This document shows positions 18,370 to 27,718 of a stretch of 64,000 nt of DNA, piece after piece. How positions within the stretch are numbered: position 1 is the first letter of the stretch; every line of letters begins with the position of its first letter. A program made the translations under genes and the position numbers. Source of the DNA: Patescibacteria group bacterium (GTDB taxonomy: Bacteria > Patescibacteriota > Patescibacteriia > UBA2591 > UBA6264); the NCBI GenBank assembly GCA_028713575.1, contig JAQTOB010000004.1, forward strand, positions 5,250-69,249. Reading direction: 5' to 3'. A model generated the notes under the pieces. That model ran no database searches. It was not told the origin of the DNA and was given only the letters and a program-made list of their open reading frames with translations.

Positions 18370-18727
18370 ACCATAACATGGCAATGCCCAACGGCGAGCC
18401 ATTAATCAAGTCAAATTGAGATAACAGTGCTAAATAGGTTTTTTTTATTTTTTTTATTATTTCACTTGCTGTTTTGGTATTAGGCGGTTTTATAACAACA
18501 AGCCGGATAATTTTTAATACCCCTTATTTAAAGAGTGGTTATGGTTTTAATTTAATTGAAATTTTTATTTGAACAGCAATTATTGGAAATTTCCATTCAA
18601 CTACATTTTAACACGGATTTTAAAAAATTGATATGCTTGTCTTGTGGAAAAGTTTTTAAATTAATTGAAGTTTTTAATTGTTATTTTCCCCTTTTTATAC
18701 TATAATAAAAGTATTATTATTGGTTTT

Positions 18728-21700
18728 ATGTCTTTGTTTTCAAAATTTAATTTTAAAAATTTTTTGATTGTTACGGGGTCTTTTTTTCTGCTGTTTATCC
18801 TTATTTTAACCGGCATTTTTTTATTTAACCGAAAAATGAATATTCAGGCGGCGGAAACACACAAGCTCCGCGGTTGGGGTTGGTCGGAAAACGTCGGTTG
18901 GATTTCTATGAATTGTTTTAATGATTTTGATAATGATGGCGTTTTTGAAAATTGTTGTCCCGGCGGTACAGAATGTACTAGTGAAAATACCCCTTATACC
19001 CAATGTTGCCCTTATGATTTGAGCGCTGATTATGGGGTCAATTATGATACGATTTCAAAGGAATTAAGCGGTTATGCTTGGGCGGAAAATATCGGTTGGA
19101 TTTGTTTTGGCAAAACCTGCGATGGCGCGACGCCTGACGGCAATAACGCTTGGGCCTGCGTCGGCAACGGGTCTTGTCTCAATGGTGTTTGTTCCTGTGT
19201 CGGCGACCAAGGGGAAGATTTTCTGGATACCGACAAGGCGTGTACCGAATCCAATCATTTAAAAGCTCACTGGAAAATGAATGATATAGTTAATGGGAAA
19301 ATTATTGACGAGACTACGGTTAATGGAGGAACCTTAATGCCCGCGGTTGCTCCGCCCGCTTTAACCAAAGGAAAGTTTGAAAATGCTTTGAAATTTGATG
19401 GGATAGAGGATTATGTTGAAATGGCGGACAGTCCCAATCTCAGTATGACCGGCAATTTAACCATTGAGGCATGGGTAAAAAGAAATGAAGTCGGCGGAGA
19501 ACAAACTATTGTTGCTAAATGGGATGAATCTCAAAACAAAAAAAGCTATCGGCTTTGGTTTAGCAGTGACAACCGATTAAATTTTACTGTTTCTAATAAT
19601 ACTAATCTCGCCACGGCGCAGCAAAAAAACGGCATTTGCGTGGGCAGTAATAGAAAGCAGTGTTATAACGGTCTGGAAACAAATGAACAAAGTTGTTCTT
19701 TTCATGCTGATTGTCCAATTGGTTATTATTGTCACGAAAAACTTTGCGACAATGATAGCAATTGTGACCAGGATTTACACGAAATCTGCCAGAACGCGCC
19801 CATTACTGACATTAAAAAATGGCATCATGTCGTGGGCAAGTATGTGGCTGATATTCCCGGCACTGATGTTGATGAAAAAGCCCTGTTGCTTTTTATTGAT
19901 GGTTCGCCGGCTTTCGTTAACATTACTGGAACTATTCCCAATGCTTTAATTGATGACAGCCAGAATTTTTATATTGGCGCAAAAAAGGGAACCACTGTCA
20001 TGAATACTTATTTTAAGGGCAATATTGACAATGTGTCTGTTTGGTCTTGTCAAAATTTGGGCAAAATTTTGGGTCGCCACAAAAAAGAGATTTGGAATGA
20101 CGCCAAAATGGAAGTGGACGGTTGGGCAAAAATAGTTTCTTTGAATGACGGCGGGTGGTTAAAATTACAAGGACTTACTCGCGATAGCCGAGTTTGGGGC
20201 AGTTATTTAAACAATTATAATACTTTTTACACTTTTAGCGGTTATATGGCTAATCGTTATGTTAAAGAACCTACAAATAGCTCCGGTTTAATGGCTTATT
20301 GGAAAATGAATGAACCATTTTGGAATGATAGCATTAATGAGGTGATTGATTCTTCAATTAATAATAATCATGGCACCGCAAAAAATGGGGCCAAAATTAT
20401 CAATAACGGCGCTTTACATAATGCCGGAGATTTTGACGGCGAAAATGATTGTTTGTTGATACCGGATTCTCCCACTTTGGACATTGCCAATAGCATCACT
20501 TTAAGCATCTGGATTTTAAATGAAGGCCCGGGAAGCGGAAATGAAAGTTCGTCAAAGGGAATGATTATATCTAAAAATTATGCCGGCAATAATGGCGTTT
20601 ATAATTTGCATTTAAATTACTATACCTCCGGCAATAAAATAGAATTTGAAGTCTATGATTTAAACGATACCCGGCATTATTTGGAATCAACCACGGTGGT
20701 TGAGGATAAAAAATGGTATCACGTTGTCGCTATCTACGATTATGGTTCGGGCAAAGCGAAAATTTATATTAATGGAGAAAAAGAAGAAAACGAAGGGACA
20801 TGGGGCGGTTATAACTTAAAAACAACATCATTAGCCACCAGTATCGGCTGTTCAACTTCCGCGGACAACACTCCTTTAAAGATGTTTTTTAGCGGTTTGA
20901 TTGACGATGTGATGATTTATAATAGAGTATTGAGCGAAACCGAAATTAAAGCGATTTATAATTCATCTATTCCTTTTTGTGCCGGCTGGGAAGACCACGA
21001 ACATGAATATAGCGGTCCGCCCGCGCCTTTGGATTTTGATAATTTAAGCCTGGACAATACTTTGCTTTGTGGGCAAATGTCATTGCAATGGGAGTCCTCT
21101 GATTGGGCGGAAAGCTATACTTATGAGCGTTGCGACAATGTTTCAGAGACAGAATGTGCCAGTTGTTCTTATGTGGAAAAGAGCGTTTTGGACGATTCTT
21201 GCGAATTAACGGGTTGTTATTTGGTTGATAATGATTTAATTCCAAACACTGGTTATTGTTACAAGGTTCAGGCACACAATGAAACCGGTTCTACTTATAA
21301 CTCCGAGGGGCCGGTTTGGAAAAGCACTTTGTTTTGCGCCCCGACTTTTGGTGTGATTGACAATTCGGTTTGCGGACAACTTTCTCTTCAATGGGAATCA
21401 ATTGAAGAGGCCGACGGCAATAATATTTATCGTTCTTTAACAAACAATGGTTGTTATGATGTTTACAGCCCCACTTGCGAATTAATTGGTCACGTGGCAG
21501 AGGGTATGAATTATTATGTTAATAACGATGAGCTTAAAGATTTAATCGCTCATTGGAAAATGAATGAATCGTCTTGGAGTGGCGCGACTGATGAAGTCAA
21601 TGATTCTTCTGGTAATGGAAATCACGGGGTTGCCAGCACCGGAACCACGACTACTGGCAATGGAAAATTTGATTATGCCGGCGTTTTTGACGGCAACGAT

Positions 21701-22450
21701 TATTTAACTATCGGACACCATGAACAATTTGATTTGGGCGAAGATGATAAAATGACTATTGAAGCTTGGGTTTATTTAAATGCCGCGCCGACTAATTATC
21801 AGATGATTTTAAGCAAGGGCTATAATCCGGGCTATGAATTTAGAATCAATACTGGTCGTTATGCGCAATTTTTAAATGTGGCAACCGGCTATAGTTCTTA
21901 TGTTCTTACTTCCACTAATGCTTTGTCTTTAAATGAATGGTATCATTTGGCCGTGACTAAAAGTAATATGACTGGTGAAACAAAAATTTATATCAATGGC
22001 GTTTTGGATAAAACCGGATTTTTAGATACTTTTGATTATAGTAATGAAAATGAAATAAGAATCGGCCGTGATGCTGATGACGGATGCGCCAACGGCAATG
22101 CCTATTTTAAGGGTTATTTGGACAATTTGGCCGTTTATAACGCGATTAAAGACGAAGAACAAATGAGAATTGATTACGAAGCAGGCAATTGCGGTGCTGA
22201 TAATTGCCGAATAAGTGAAGTTTGCAATCTTTGTCATGTTCAGGGCGTTGACGACGGAATTTGCGGCAGAATATCAAGCGATGCCAGTGTTTGTTGTTGT
22301 TCCTTTACTGATTCGCGCATTGTTCCTTTTGTTGATTATCACTATGTTTTTACTGTCACCAGCGGACAAGGCGAATCAACACCCGGTCCGGAACCGCCCT
22401 TAACCAGTCAAACGATTTGTTTTCCGCCAACAGAAGAAGAAGAAAATTAA
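18728..22450 (+). CDS. Large membrane-anchored surface protein with multiple LamG-like (concanavalin A-like lectin/glucanase) domains and FN3-like segments
   Basis: An N-terminal TM helix follows MSLFSKF. The block AHWKMNE...NGNHG...A..DG.DDY... ...EAWV... recurs three times and is LamG_3-like. The ORF track starts at 18665, but the later ATG at 18728 immediately precedes the TM helix. Confidence 0.6.
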   Translation: MSLFSKFNFKNFLIVTGSFFLLFILILTGIFLFNRKMNIQAAETHKLRGWGWSENVGWISMNCFNDFDNDGVFENCCPGGTECTSENTPYTQCCPYDLSADYGVNYDTISKELSGYAWAENIGWICFGKTCDGATPDGNNAWACVGNGSCLNGVCSCVGDQGEDFLDTDKACTESNHLKAHWKMNDIVNGKIIDETTVNGGTLMPAVAPPALTKGKFENALKFDGIEDYVEMADSPNLSMTGNLTIEAWVKRNEVGGEQTIVAKWDESQNKKSYRLWFSSDNRLNFTVSNNTNLATAQQKNGICVGSNRKQCYNGLETNEQSCSFHADCPIGYYCHEKLCDNDSNCDQDLHEICQNAPITDIKKWHHVVGKYVADIPGTDVDEKALLLFIDGSPAFVNITGTIPNALIDDSQNFYIGAKKGTTVMNTYFKGNIDNVSVWSCQNLGKILGRHKKEIWNDAKMEVDGWAKIVSLNDGGWLKLQGLTRDSRVWGSYLNNYNTFYTFSGYMANRYVKEPTNSSGLMAYWKMNEPFWNDSINEVIDSSINNNHGTAKNGAKIINNGALHNAGDFDGENDCLLIPDSPTLDIANSITLSIWILNEGPGSGNESSSKGMIISKNYAGNNGVYNLHLNYYTSGNKIEFEVYDLNDTRHYLESTTVVEDKKWYHVVAIYDYGSGKAKIYINGEKEENEGTWGGYNLKTTSLATSIGCSTSADNTPLKMFFSGLIDDVMIYNRVLSETEIKAIYNSSIPFCAGWEDHEHEYSGPPAPLDFDNLSLDNTLLCGQMSLQWESSDWAESYTYERCDNVSETECASCSYVEKSVLDDSCELTGCYLVDNDLIPNTGYCYKVQAHNETGSTYNSEGPVWKSTLFCAPTFGVIDNSVCGQLSLQWESIEEADGNNIYRSLTNNGCYDVYSPTCELIGHVAEGMNYYVNNDELKDLIAHWKMNESSWSGATDEVNDSSGNGNHGVASTGTTTTGNGKFDYAGVFDGNDYLTIGHHEQFDLGEDDKMTIEAWVYLNAAPTNYQMILSKGYNPGYEFRINTGRYAQFLNVATGYSSYVLTSTNALSLNEWYHLAVTKSNMTGETKIYINGVLDKTGFLDTFDYSNENEIRIGRDADDGCANGNAYFKGYLDNLAVYNAIKDEEQMRIDYEAGNCGADNCRISEVCNLCHVQGVDDGICGRISSDASVCCCSFTDSRIVPFVDYHYVFTVTSGQGESTPGPEPPLTSQTICFPPTEEEEN

Positions 22451-22680
22451 TAGAAAAATAAAGGAATTGATGATGCTCCTGATGAGGTGGTTCCGATGAC
22501 ACTTAAAGATACTTAGGAGGATACTTGGGAGCAAGGCTCCGAAGTAAGTCTCATAAGTACGGAAAAAACAAGACCGGAGATAGAAGTCACACGCAATAGC
22601 CATGGATTAAATGGATTAAAAAAGTTTTATAAAGGGTTCTATATTCTATATTATATTATATTTTTCATTTTTCAGATTTT

Positions 22681-22710
22681 CTTTTTGGCAGGTGCTCACC
22701 TGCCAAAAAG
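22681..22710. repeat. REP-like palindrome ctttttggcaggtg-ct-cacctgccaaaaag immediately upstream of the Y1 transposase gene
   Basis: Perfect 14-bp inverted repeat. Half-site echoes (gacctgccaaaaaa, acccgccaaaaac) follow. Confidence 0.75.
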
Positions 22711-22752
22711 AAAATGACCTGCCAAAAAAGACCAAACCCGCCAAAAACCAAA

Positions 22753-23412
22753 ATGTCTCTTAAAAATTCACTTAAAATTTACATTAAAGATGGAATCTAT
22801 CACATCTATAACCGGGGCATAGAAAAAAGAAACATCTTTTTAGATGAACAGGATTATAAAGTATTTTTATATTATTTGAAAAGTTATTTAACACCAGTTG
22901 GTCAACAAGAAAAACCGCCCTATGGTATTGATAGAAATGTTTTAGATTTCACCCTTTATAAACAAATCCGGCTTTTTTGTTTTTGTTTAATGCCAAATCA
23001 TTTTCATTTAATGATTCAGCAATTAACTGAAAGGGCGATTATAGAATTTATGAAGCGTTTAACTAACGCCTATGTAAGATATTTTAATGAAAAGTATGAT
23101 CGCAAAAGTATAGGTCCGCTTTTCCAGGGCAAATATAAAGCTGTGTTAATAAAAAAAGAACAACAATTCTTATATTTGCCGTATTATATCCATTTTCACA
23201 ATCCGGAAGGATTATATAGAAACAAGAGAGATGCTGAGTTAATCAAAAAAATACAAAATTATCCTTGGTCAAGTTATGCCGATTATTTAGGTAAACGTGA
23301 CACCAAATGGATTTATAAAAAAGGAATAATGGAGCAATTTATGGAAACAGAAGAAATAAAGCCGGAGACGGAAACTACGCGCAAAATTTTAGGTTCAACG
23401 GTTATAGATTAA
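22753..23412 (+). CDS. Y1 HUH transposase (IS200/IS605 TnpA-like; REP-associated tyrosine transposase-like)
   Basis: YHIYNRG is present. The HUH motif is CLMPNHFHLM. The candidate catalytic Tyr lies in LFQGKYKAVLI. The gene is flanked on both sides by related palindromes. Confidence 0.65.
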   Translation: MSLKNSLKIYIKDGIYHIYNRGIEKRNIFLDEQDYKVFLYYLKSYLTPVGQQEKPPYGIDRNVLDFTLYKQIRLFCFCLMPNHFHLMIQQLTERAIIEFMKRLTNAYVRYFNEKYDRKSIGPLFQGKYKAVLIKKEQQFLYLPYYIHFHNPEGLYRNKRDAELIKKIQNYPWSSYADYLGKRDTKWIYKKGIMEQFMETEEIKPETETTRKILGSTVID

Positions 23413-23425
23413 AGGGAATGTGTAT

Positions 23426-23447
23426 TTGGAAGGTGAGCACCTTCCAA
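23426..23447. repeat. REP-like palindrome ttggaaggtg-ag-caccttccaa immediately downstream of the Y1 transposase
   Basis: Perfect 10-bp inverted repeat of the same ttggNaggtg family as 22681-22710. Confidence 0.75.
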
Positions 23448-23478
23448 GAAATATCTTCCAAGAAATAAGAAATAATTT

Positions 23479-25515
23479 ATGGGTCAACAAGAGGCAAAAC
23501 AAAGAATTGAAAAATTAAAAACGGAACTGAATCATCACCGTTATTTTTATCATGTTTTAGATAAACAGGAAATTTCTGACGCGGCCTGGGATTCTTTAAA
23601 ACACGAATTAGCCAGTTTAGAAGAGCAATACCCGGAATTTATCACTTCTGATTCTCCCACGCAAAGAGTCGGTGGCGAGCCCTTAGAAAAGTTCGTTAAA
23701 ATTAAACACCCCGAACCCATGTTGTCTATTGAAGATGTTTTTAATTTTAAGGAATTGCAAGAATGGGAAGATTATATGAAAGATTATCTTTTAAAAGAAA
23801 TGGGGGTTTTCCCAAAATTCACTTATTTTTGCGAACGAAAAATTGACGGCGTGGACATTGTTTTAATTTATAAAAAAGGAGTTTTATTTAACGCCGCCAC
23901 GCGAGGTAATGGCTTAATTGGCGAAGATGTCACTCAAAACATTAAAACAATAGAAGCTATTCCTTTGCGTTTAGAAAAAGAAATTGATTTGGTGGTCAGA
24001 GGAGAAATTTTTTTACAAAAAAAAGATTTTCAGAAACTTAATCGTGAACGAGAAAAAAGAGGCCTACCGACCTATGCCAATCCTCGTAATATTGCCGCTG
24101 GTTCAATTCGTCAATTAGACCCAAAAATCACGGCTCAACGTTTTCTTGATTGCTATATTTTTGAAATTATCACGGATTTGGGACAGAAAACCCATCAGCA
24201 AGTTCATGAAATTTTAAAACAACTGGGCTTTAAGACAGATTCTCAAACTAAACTTTGTTTTGATTTAAAACAAGTCCAGAAATATTATTTATTTTTAAAT
24301 CAGAAACGGCTAGAAAATTCTTTTGATTATGACGGCATGGTGGTAATGTTAAATGATATTGTTTTACAAAAAAAATTGTCTTTTATTGGCAAATCGCCGC
24401 GTTGGATGCGCGCTTATAAATTTCCTGGAGAACAGACAACAACGATTATAGAAGATATTTTTATTCAGGTTGGCCGAACTGGCGTTTTGACCCCGGTGGC
24501 AAAATTAAAGCCGGTTTCATTGATGGGAACTACGGTTTCTCGCGCTACTTTACATAATCAGGACGAGATAGAGCGATTGGACGCGCGTCTTGGTGACAGC
24601 GTAATTATTGAGAAGGCCGGCGATATTATTCCGGCTGTGGTTAAAGTTTTGAAAAATTTAAGAACCGGGAAAGAAAAAAAATTTCAGATGCCGACAAAAT
24701 GTCCGATTTGCAACGGCCCGATAAGAAAAAAAGAAGGCGAAGTCGCTTATTATTGTCAGAATAAAAATTGTTTTGCCAGCCAGCAAAGAAAAATTAGTTA
24801 TTTTGTTTCTAAAAGATGTTTTGACATTGAAGGTTTGGGCCCAAAAATTATAGGCAAACTTTTAGAAGCGGGATTAATATCAGATGCAGCCGATTTGTTT
24901 AAATTGCAAAAAGGAGATATTATTTTATTAGAAAGTCCGTCTGATATCAAACCGAAAGTTTTAGTGCGGGGGTTCGCGGAAAAATCGGCGGATAATTTAA
25001 TCAAGGCCATTGATAAAAGTAAAGAGATAGAATTGTCGCGCTTTATTCAGGCCCTGGGTATTCGTCACATTGGCGAACAAATGGCTAATGATTTGGCCGA
25101 GTATTTTAAAAGTTTTGAAAAATTTTCTCAAACCAAAAAAGAAGAATTGCTGACCTTATCGGATATTGGTCCGATTGCCAGTCAAAGCATTGTTATGTGG
25201 CTTAAAAACAAAGAAAATCAAAAATTTTTGGGAAAATTAAAAAAATATGGCGTGATTATAAAGAATCATTATTTATTAAAAGCAAAACAAATTTTAAAAG
25301 GAAAATCTTTTGTTTTAACCGGCGTTTTAACATCAATGTCGCGGGAAAAAGCCAAAGAAAAAATTCAAAGTCTTGGCGGCAGGGTTTTAAACGCGGTCAG
25401 CACAAAAACCGATTTTCTTGTTAGTGGAAAAAATCCTGGAAGTAAATATAATACAGCGAAGAGCCTAAGAATTAACATAATCAACGAGCAGGAATTTTTA
25501 AAGATGGTTAGATAG
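23479..25515 (+). CDS. ligA: NAD-dependent DNA ligase
   Basis: The adenylation site is KIDGVDIV (KxDG). The Zn finger is CPICNGPIRKKEGEVAYYCQNKNC. HhH and C-terminal BRCT regions are present. Confidence 0.95.
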   Translation: MGQQEAKQRIEKLKTELNHHRYFYHVLDKQEISDAAWDSLKHELASLEEQYPEFITSDSPTQRVGGEPLEKFVKIKHPEPMLSIEDVFNFKELQEWEDYMKDYLLKEMGVFPKFTYFCERKIDGVDIVLIYKKGVLFNAATRGNGLIGEDVTQNIKTIEAIPLRLEKEIDLVVRGEIFLQKKDFQKLNREREKRGLPTYANPRNIAAGSIRQLDPKITAQRFLDCYIFEIITDLGQKTHQQVHEILKQLGFKTDSQTKLCFDLKQVQKYYLFLNQKRLENSFDYDGMVVMLNDIVLQKKLSFIGKSPRWMRAYKFPGEQTTTIIEDIFIQVGRTGVLTPVAKLKPVSLMGTTVSRATLHNQDEIERLDARLGDSVIIEKAGDIIPAVVKVLKNLRTGKEKKFQMPTKCPICNGPIRKKEGEVAYYCQNKNCFASQQRKISYFVSKRCFDIEGLGPKIIGKLLEAGLISDAADLFKLQKGDIILLESPSDIKPKVLVRGFAEKSADNLIKAIDKSKEIELSRFIQALGIRHIGEQMANDLAEYFKSFEKFSQTKKEELLTLSDIGPIASQSIVMWLKNKENQKFLGKLKKYGVIIKNHYLLKAKQILKGKSFVLTGVLTSMSREKAKEKIQSLGGRVLNAVSTKTDFLVSGKNPGSKYNTAKSLRINIINEQEFLKMVR

Positions 25516-25689
25516 CGACACTATTGCTACAAATTAACATACTAATGCTACGAATACGAGAGAAGATATTATTTATCCAAATTCGTCTTATAAATTAGTT
25601 GGCATATTTTTTAATGTTTATAGAAATATGAAATTTGCATTAATCCTCAGCATTCGCATGCTGTTCGCATATAATTCGCATCGCTTTAT

Positions 25690-25995
25690 ATGATCTCAAA
25701 AGAAGAAGTCCAACATATCGCCAAATTAGTCCGCCTGCGTCTAAGTGAGGCGGAAATAAAAAAATACCAGAAGCAACTGGGGGAAATTTTAGATTATGTT
25801 AGCCAATTGAAAAAAATTTCCACAAAAAACATTATGCCCTTTTCTTTGTTTGGATTAAAAAACATTTTTCGTTTAGATAAACCAAAAGAAAAGAATCAAG
25901 AACAGACAAGAAAATTGGTCCAATCTGCGCCGGCGCAAAAAGAGGGGATGATTAAAACAAAAGGAATTCTTAACATTAAAGCATTAAAGCATTAA
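25690..25995 (+). CDS. gatC: Glu-tRNA(Gln)/Asp-tRNA(Asn) amidotransferase subunit C
   Basis: MISKEEVQHIAKLVRLRLSEAEIKKYQKQLGEILDYVSQL is typical of GatC. It lies upstream of gatA. Confidence 0.8.
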   Translation: MISKEEVQHIAKLVRLRLSEAEIKKYQKQLGEILDYVSQLKKISTKNIMPFSLFGLKNIFRLDKPKEKNQEQTRKLVQSAPAQKEGMIKTKGILNIKALKH

Positions 25996-26232
25996 AGTAC
26001 ACAATAAGTAATTGATTTTCCAGGCCCCGTTATTTTACATTACATTTTGAGGCTGCCGTCCTTTTTTGAAAGGACGGGGTCCGGCCCATTTGTAGATGGC
26101 CTGCGGTTTGAGTTTTGTATTCTGAATTTTTTAATGGAGCAGGCATTTTGACCATGAAAGAAAAAAAATAATTTTAGATTTAAAAAGTAAGAATATTTTT
26201 TATAAAAAGAATTTACAGCATTTACATTATTT

Positions 26233-27666
26233 ATGAATTTAAATCAATTAACAATTTTATCGGTTCATCAGGGTTTAAAAAAGAAAGAATTTTCCAGTCA
26301 AGAATTGACTAAAGATTGCTTAACAAAAATAAAAAAAAGCAATAAAGAAATTAATGCTTTTATTACTGTTTTAGAAAAACAAGCTTTAAAACAAGCCGAG
26401 GAAATTGATAAAAAAATTAAAATTCAAGGCGTGGATAATTTTTTAACTGGTATTCCCCTGGGAATTAAAGACAATATTTTAATTCAAGATGTTGTTTGTA
26501 CTGCTGGTTCAAAAATTTTAGAAAATTATCAGGCTATCTATGATGCCACGGTAATTAAAAAATTAAAAAAAGCTGGAGCGATTTTTTTAGGCAAAACCAA
26601 TCTTGACGAATTCGCCATGGGTAGCTCTACTGAATCGTCTGCCTTTGGTCCGACCAAAAATCCTATTAATTTATCTTATATTCCCGGTGGTTCTTCTGGC
26701 GGTTCTGCCGCCGCAGTCGCGGCTAATATGTGTTTGGCTGCCCTTGGTTCTGATACTGGCGGTTCTGTCCGTCAACCGGCGGGATTTTGTGGCGTCGTTG
26801 GACTAAAACCAACCTATGGGCGGGTTTCTCGCTATGGCTTGATTGCCATGGCTTCTTCTCTTGATCAAATCGGACCATTGACCAAAAACATTGAAGACGC
26901 GGAAATTTTATTTAAAACAATTAAGGGCAAAGATGATTTTGATGCCACTAGCGTTGAGGTAAAAGATGAAGACCCAGGGAAAATGAAAACAAAAAAAATA
27001 AAAATTGGCCTACCTAAAGAATATTTTATCCAAGGGCTTGACTCGCAGATAAAGGAAGTCATCAATAACTTAATTAAAAAATGGCAGAAGCAAGACGCTG
27101 AATTTATAGAGGTTAGTTTGCCCCACGCATCGCTCGCTTTGGCTTGCTATTATATTATTATGCCCGCGGAAGTTTCTTCTAATTTGGCTCGTTATGACGG
27201 CATTAAATACGGATTTTCCACCAATGGGGAAAATAAAAATTTATTAGATGTTTATTTAGATTCTCGAACCACGGGTTTTGGCGAAGAAGTCAAACGCCGA
27301 ATTATGCTCGGCGCCTATACTTTGTCTGCCGGCTATTATCAGGATTATTATTTACAGGCGCAGAAAGTAAGAACTTTAATCAAAAAAGATTTTGAAAAAC
27401 TTTTTCAAGAAAAAGATATAGATTGTTTATTAACCCCAATTAGCCCAACTTTGCCCTGGAAATTGGGAGAAAAAATAAACAACCCTTTAAGTATGTATTT
27501 GGCGGATGTTTATACCGTTTCCGCCAATCTGGCTGGTTTGCCGGCGCTTTCATTGCCTATTGGTAAAATTGATGATTGGCCGGTCAATGGGCAATTAATC
27601 GGTAATTATTTTCAGGAAAGCAAAATTCTGCATCTCGGAAAAATGATTGAAAAATTAGGACTTTAA
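26233..27666 (+). CDS. gatA: Glu-tRNA(Gln) amidotransferase subunit A (amidase signature family)
   Basis: The amidase signature is GGSSGGSAAAVAANMCLAALGSDTGGSVRQPAGFCGVVGLKPTYGRVSRYG. Confidence 0.95.
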   Translation: MNLNQLTILSVHQGLKKKEFSSQELTKDCLTKIKKSNKEINAFITVLEKQALKQAEEIDKKIKIQGVDNFLTGIPLGIKDNILIQDVVCTAGSKILENYQAIYDATVIKKLKKAGAIFLGKTNLDEFAMGSSTESSAFGPTKNPINLSYIPGGSSGGSAAAVAANMCLAALGSDTGGSVRQPAGFCGVVGLKPTYGRVSRYGLIAMASSLDQIGPLTKNIEDAEILFKTIKGKDDFDATSVEVKDEDPGKMKTKKIKIGLPKEYFIQGLDSQIKEVINNLIKKWQKQDAEFIEVSLPHASLALACYYIIMPAEVSSNLARYDGIKYGFSTNGENKNLLDVYLDSRTTGFGEEVKRRIMLGAYTLSAGYYQDYYLQAQKVRTLIKKDFEKLFQEKDIDCLLTPISPTLPWKLGEKINNPLSMYLADVYTVSANLAGLPALSLPIGKIDDWPVNGQLIGNYFQESKILHLGKMIEKLGL

Positions 27667-27718
27667 GGTTTTTGGAGACCAGGTCTCCAAAAACCTTTTG
27701 GAGACCAGGTCTCCAAAA
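27667..27718. repeat. Two adjacent REP-like palindromes (ggtttttggagacc-a-ggtctccaaaaacc and ttttggagacc-a-ggtctccaaaa) directly after the gatA stop codon
   Basis: Perfect inverted repeats. The same family clusters around the second Y1 transposase gene at 58931-59843. Confidence 0.8.
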
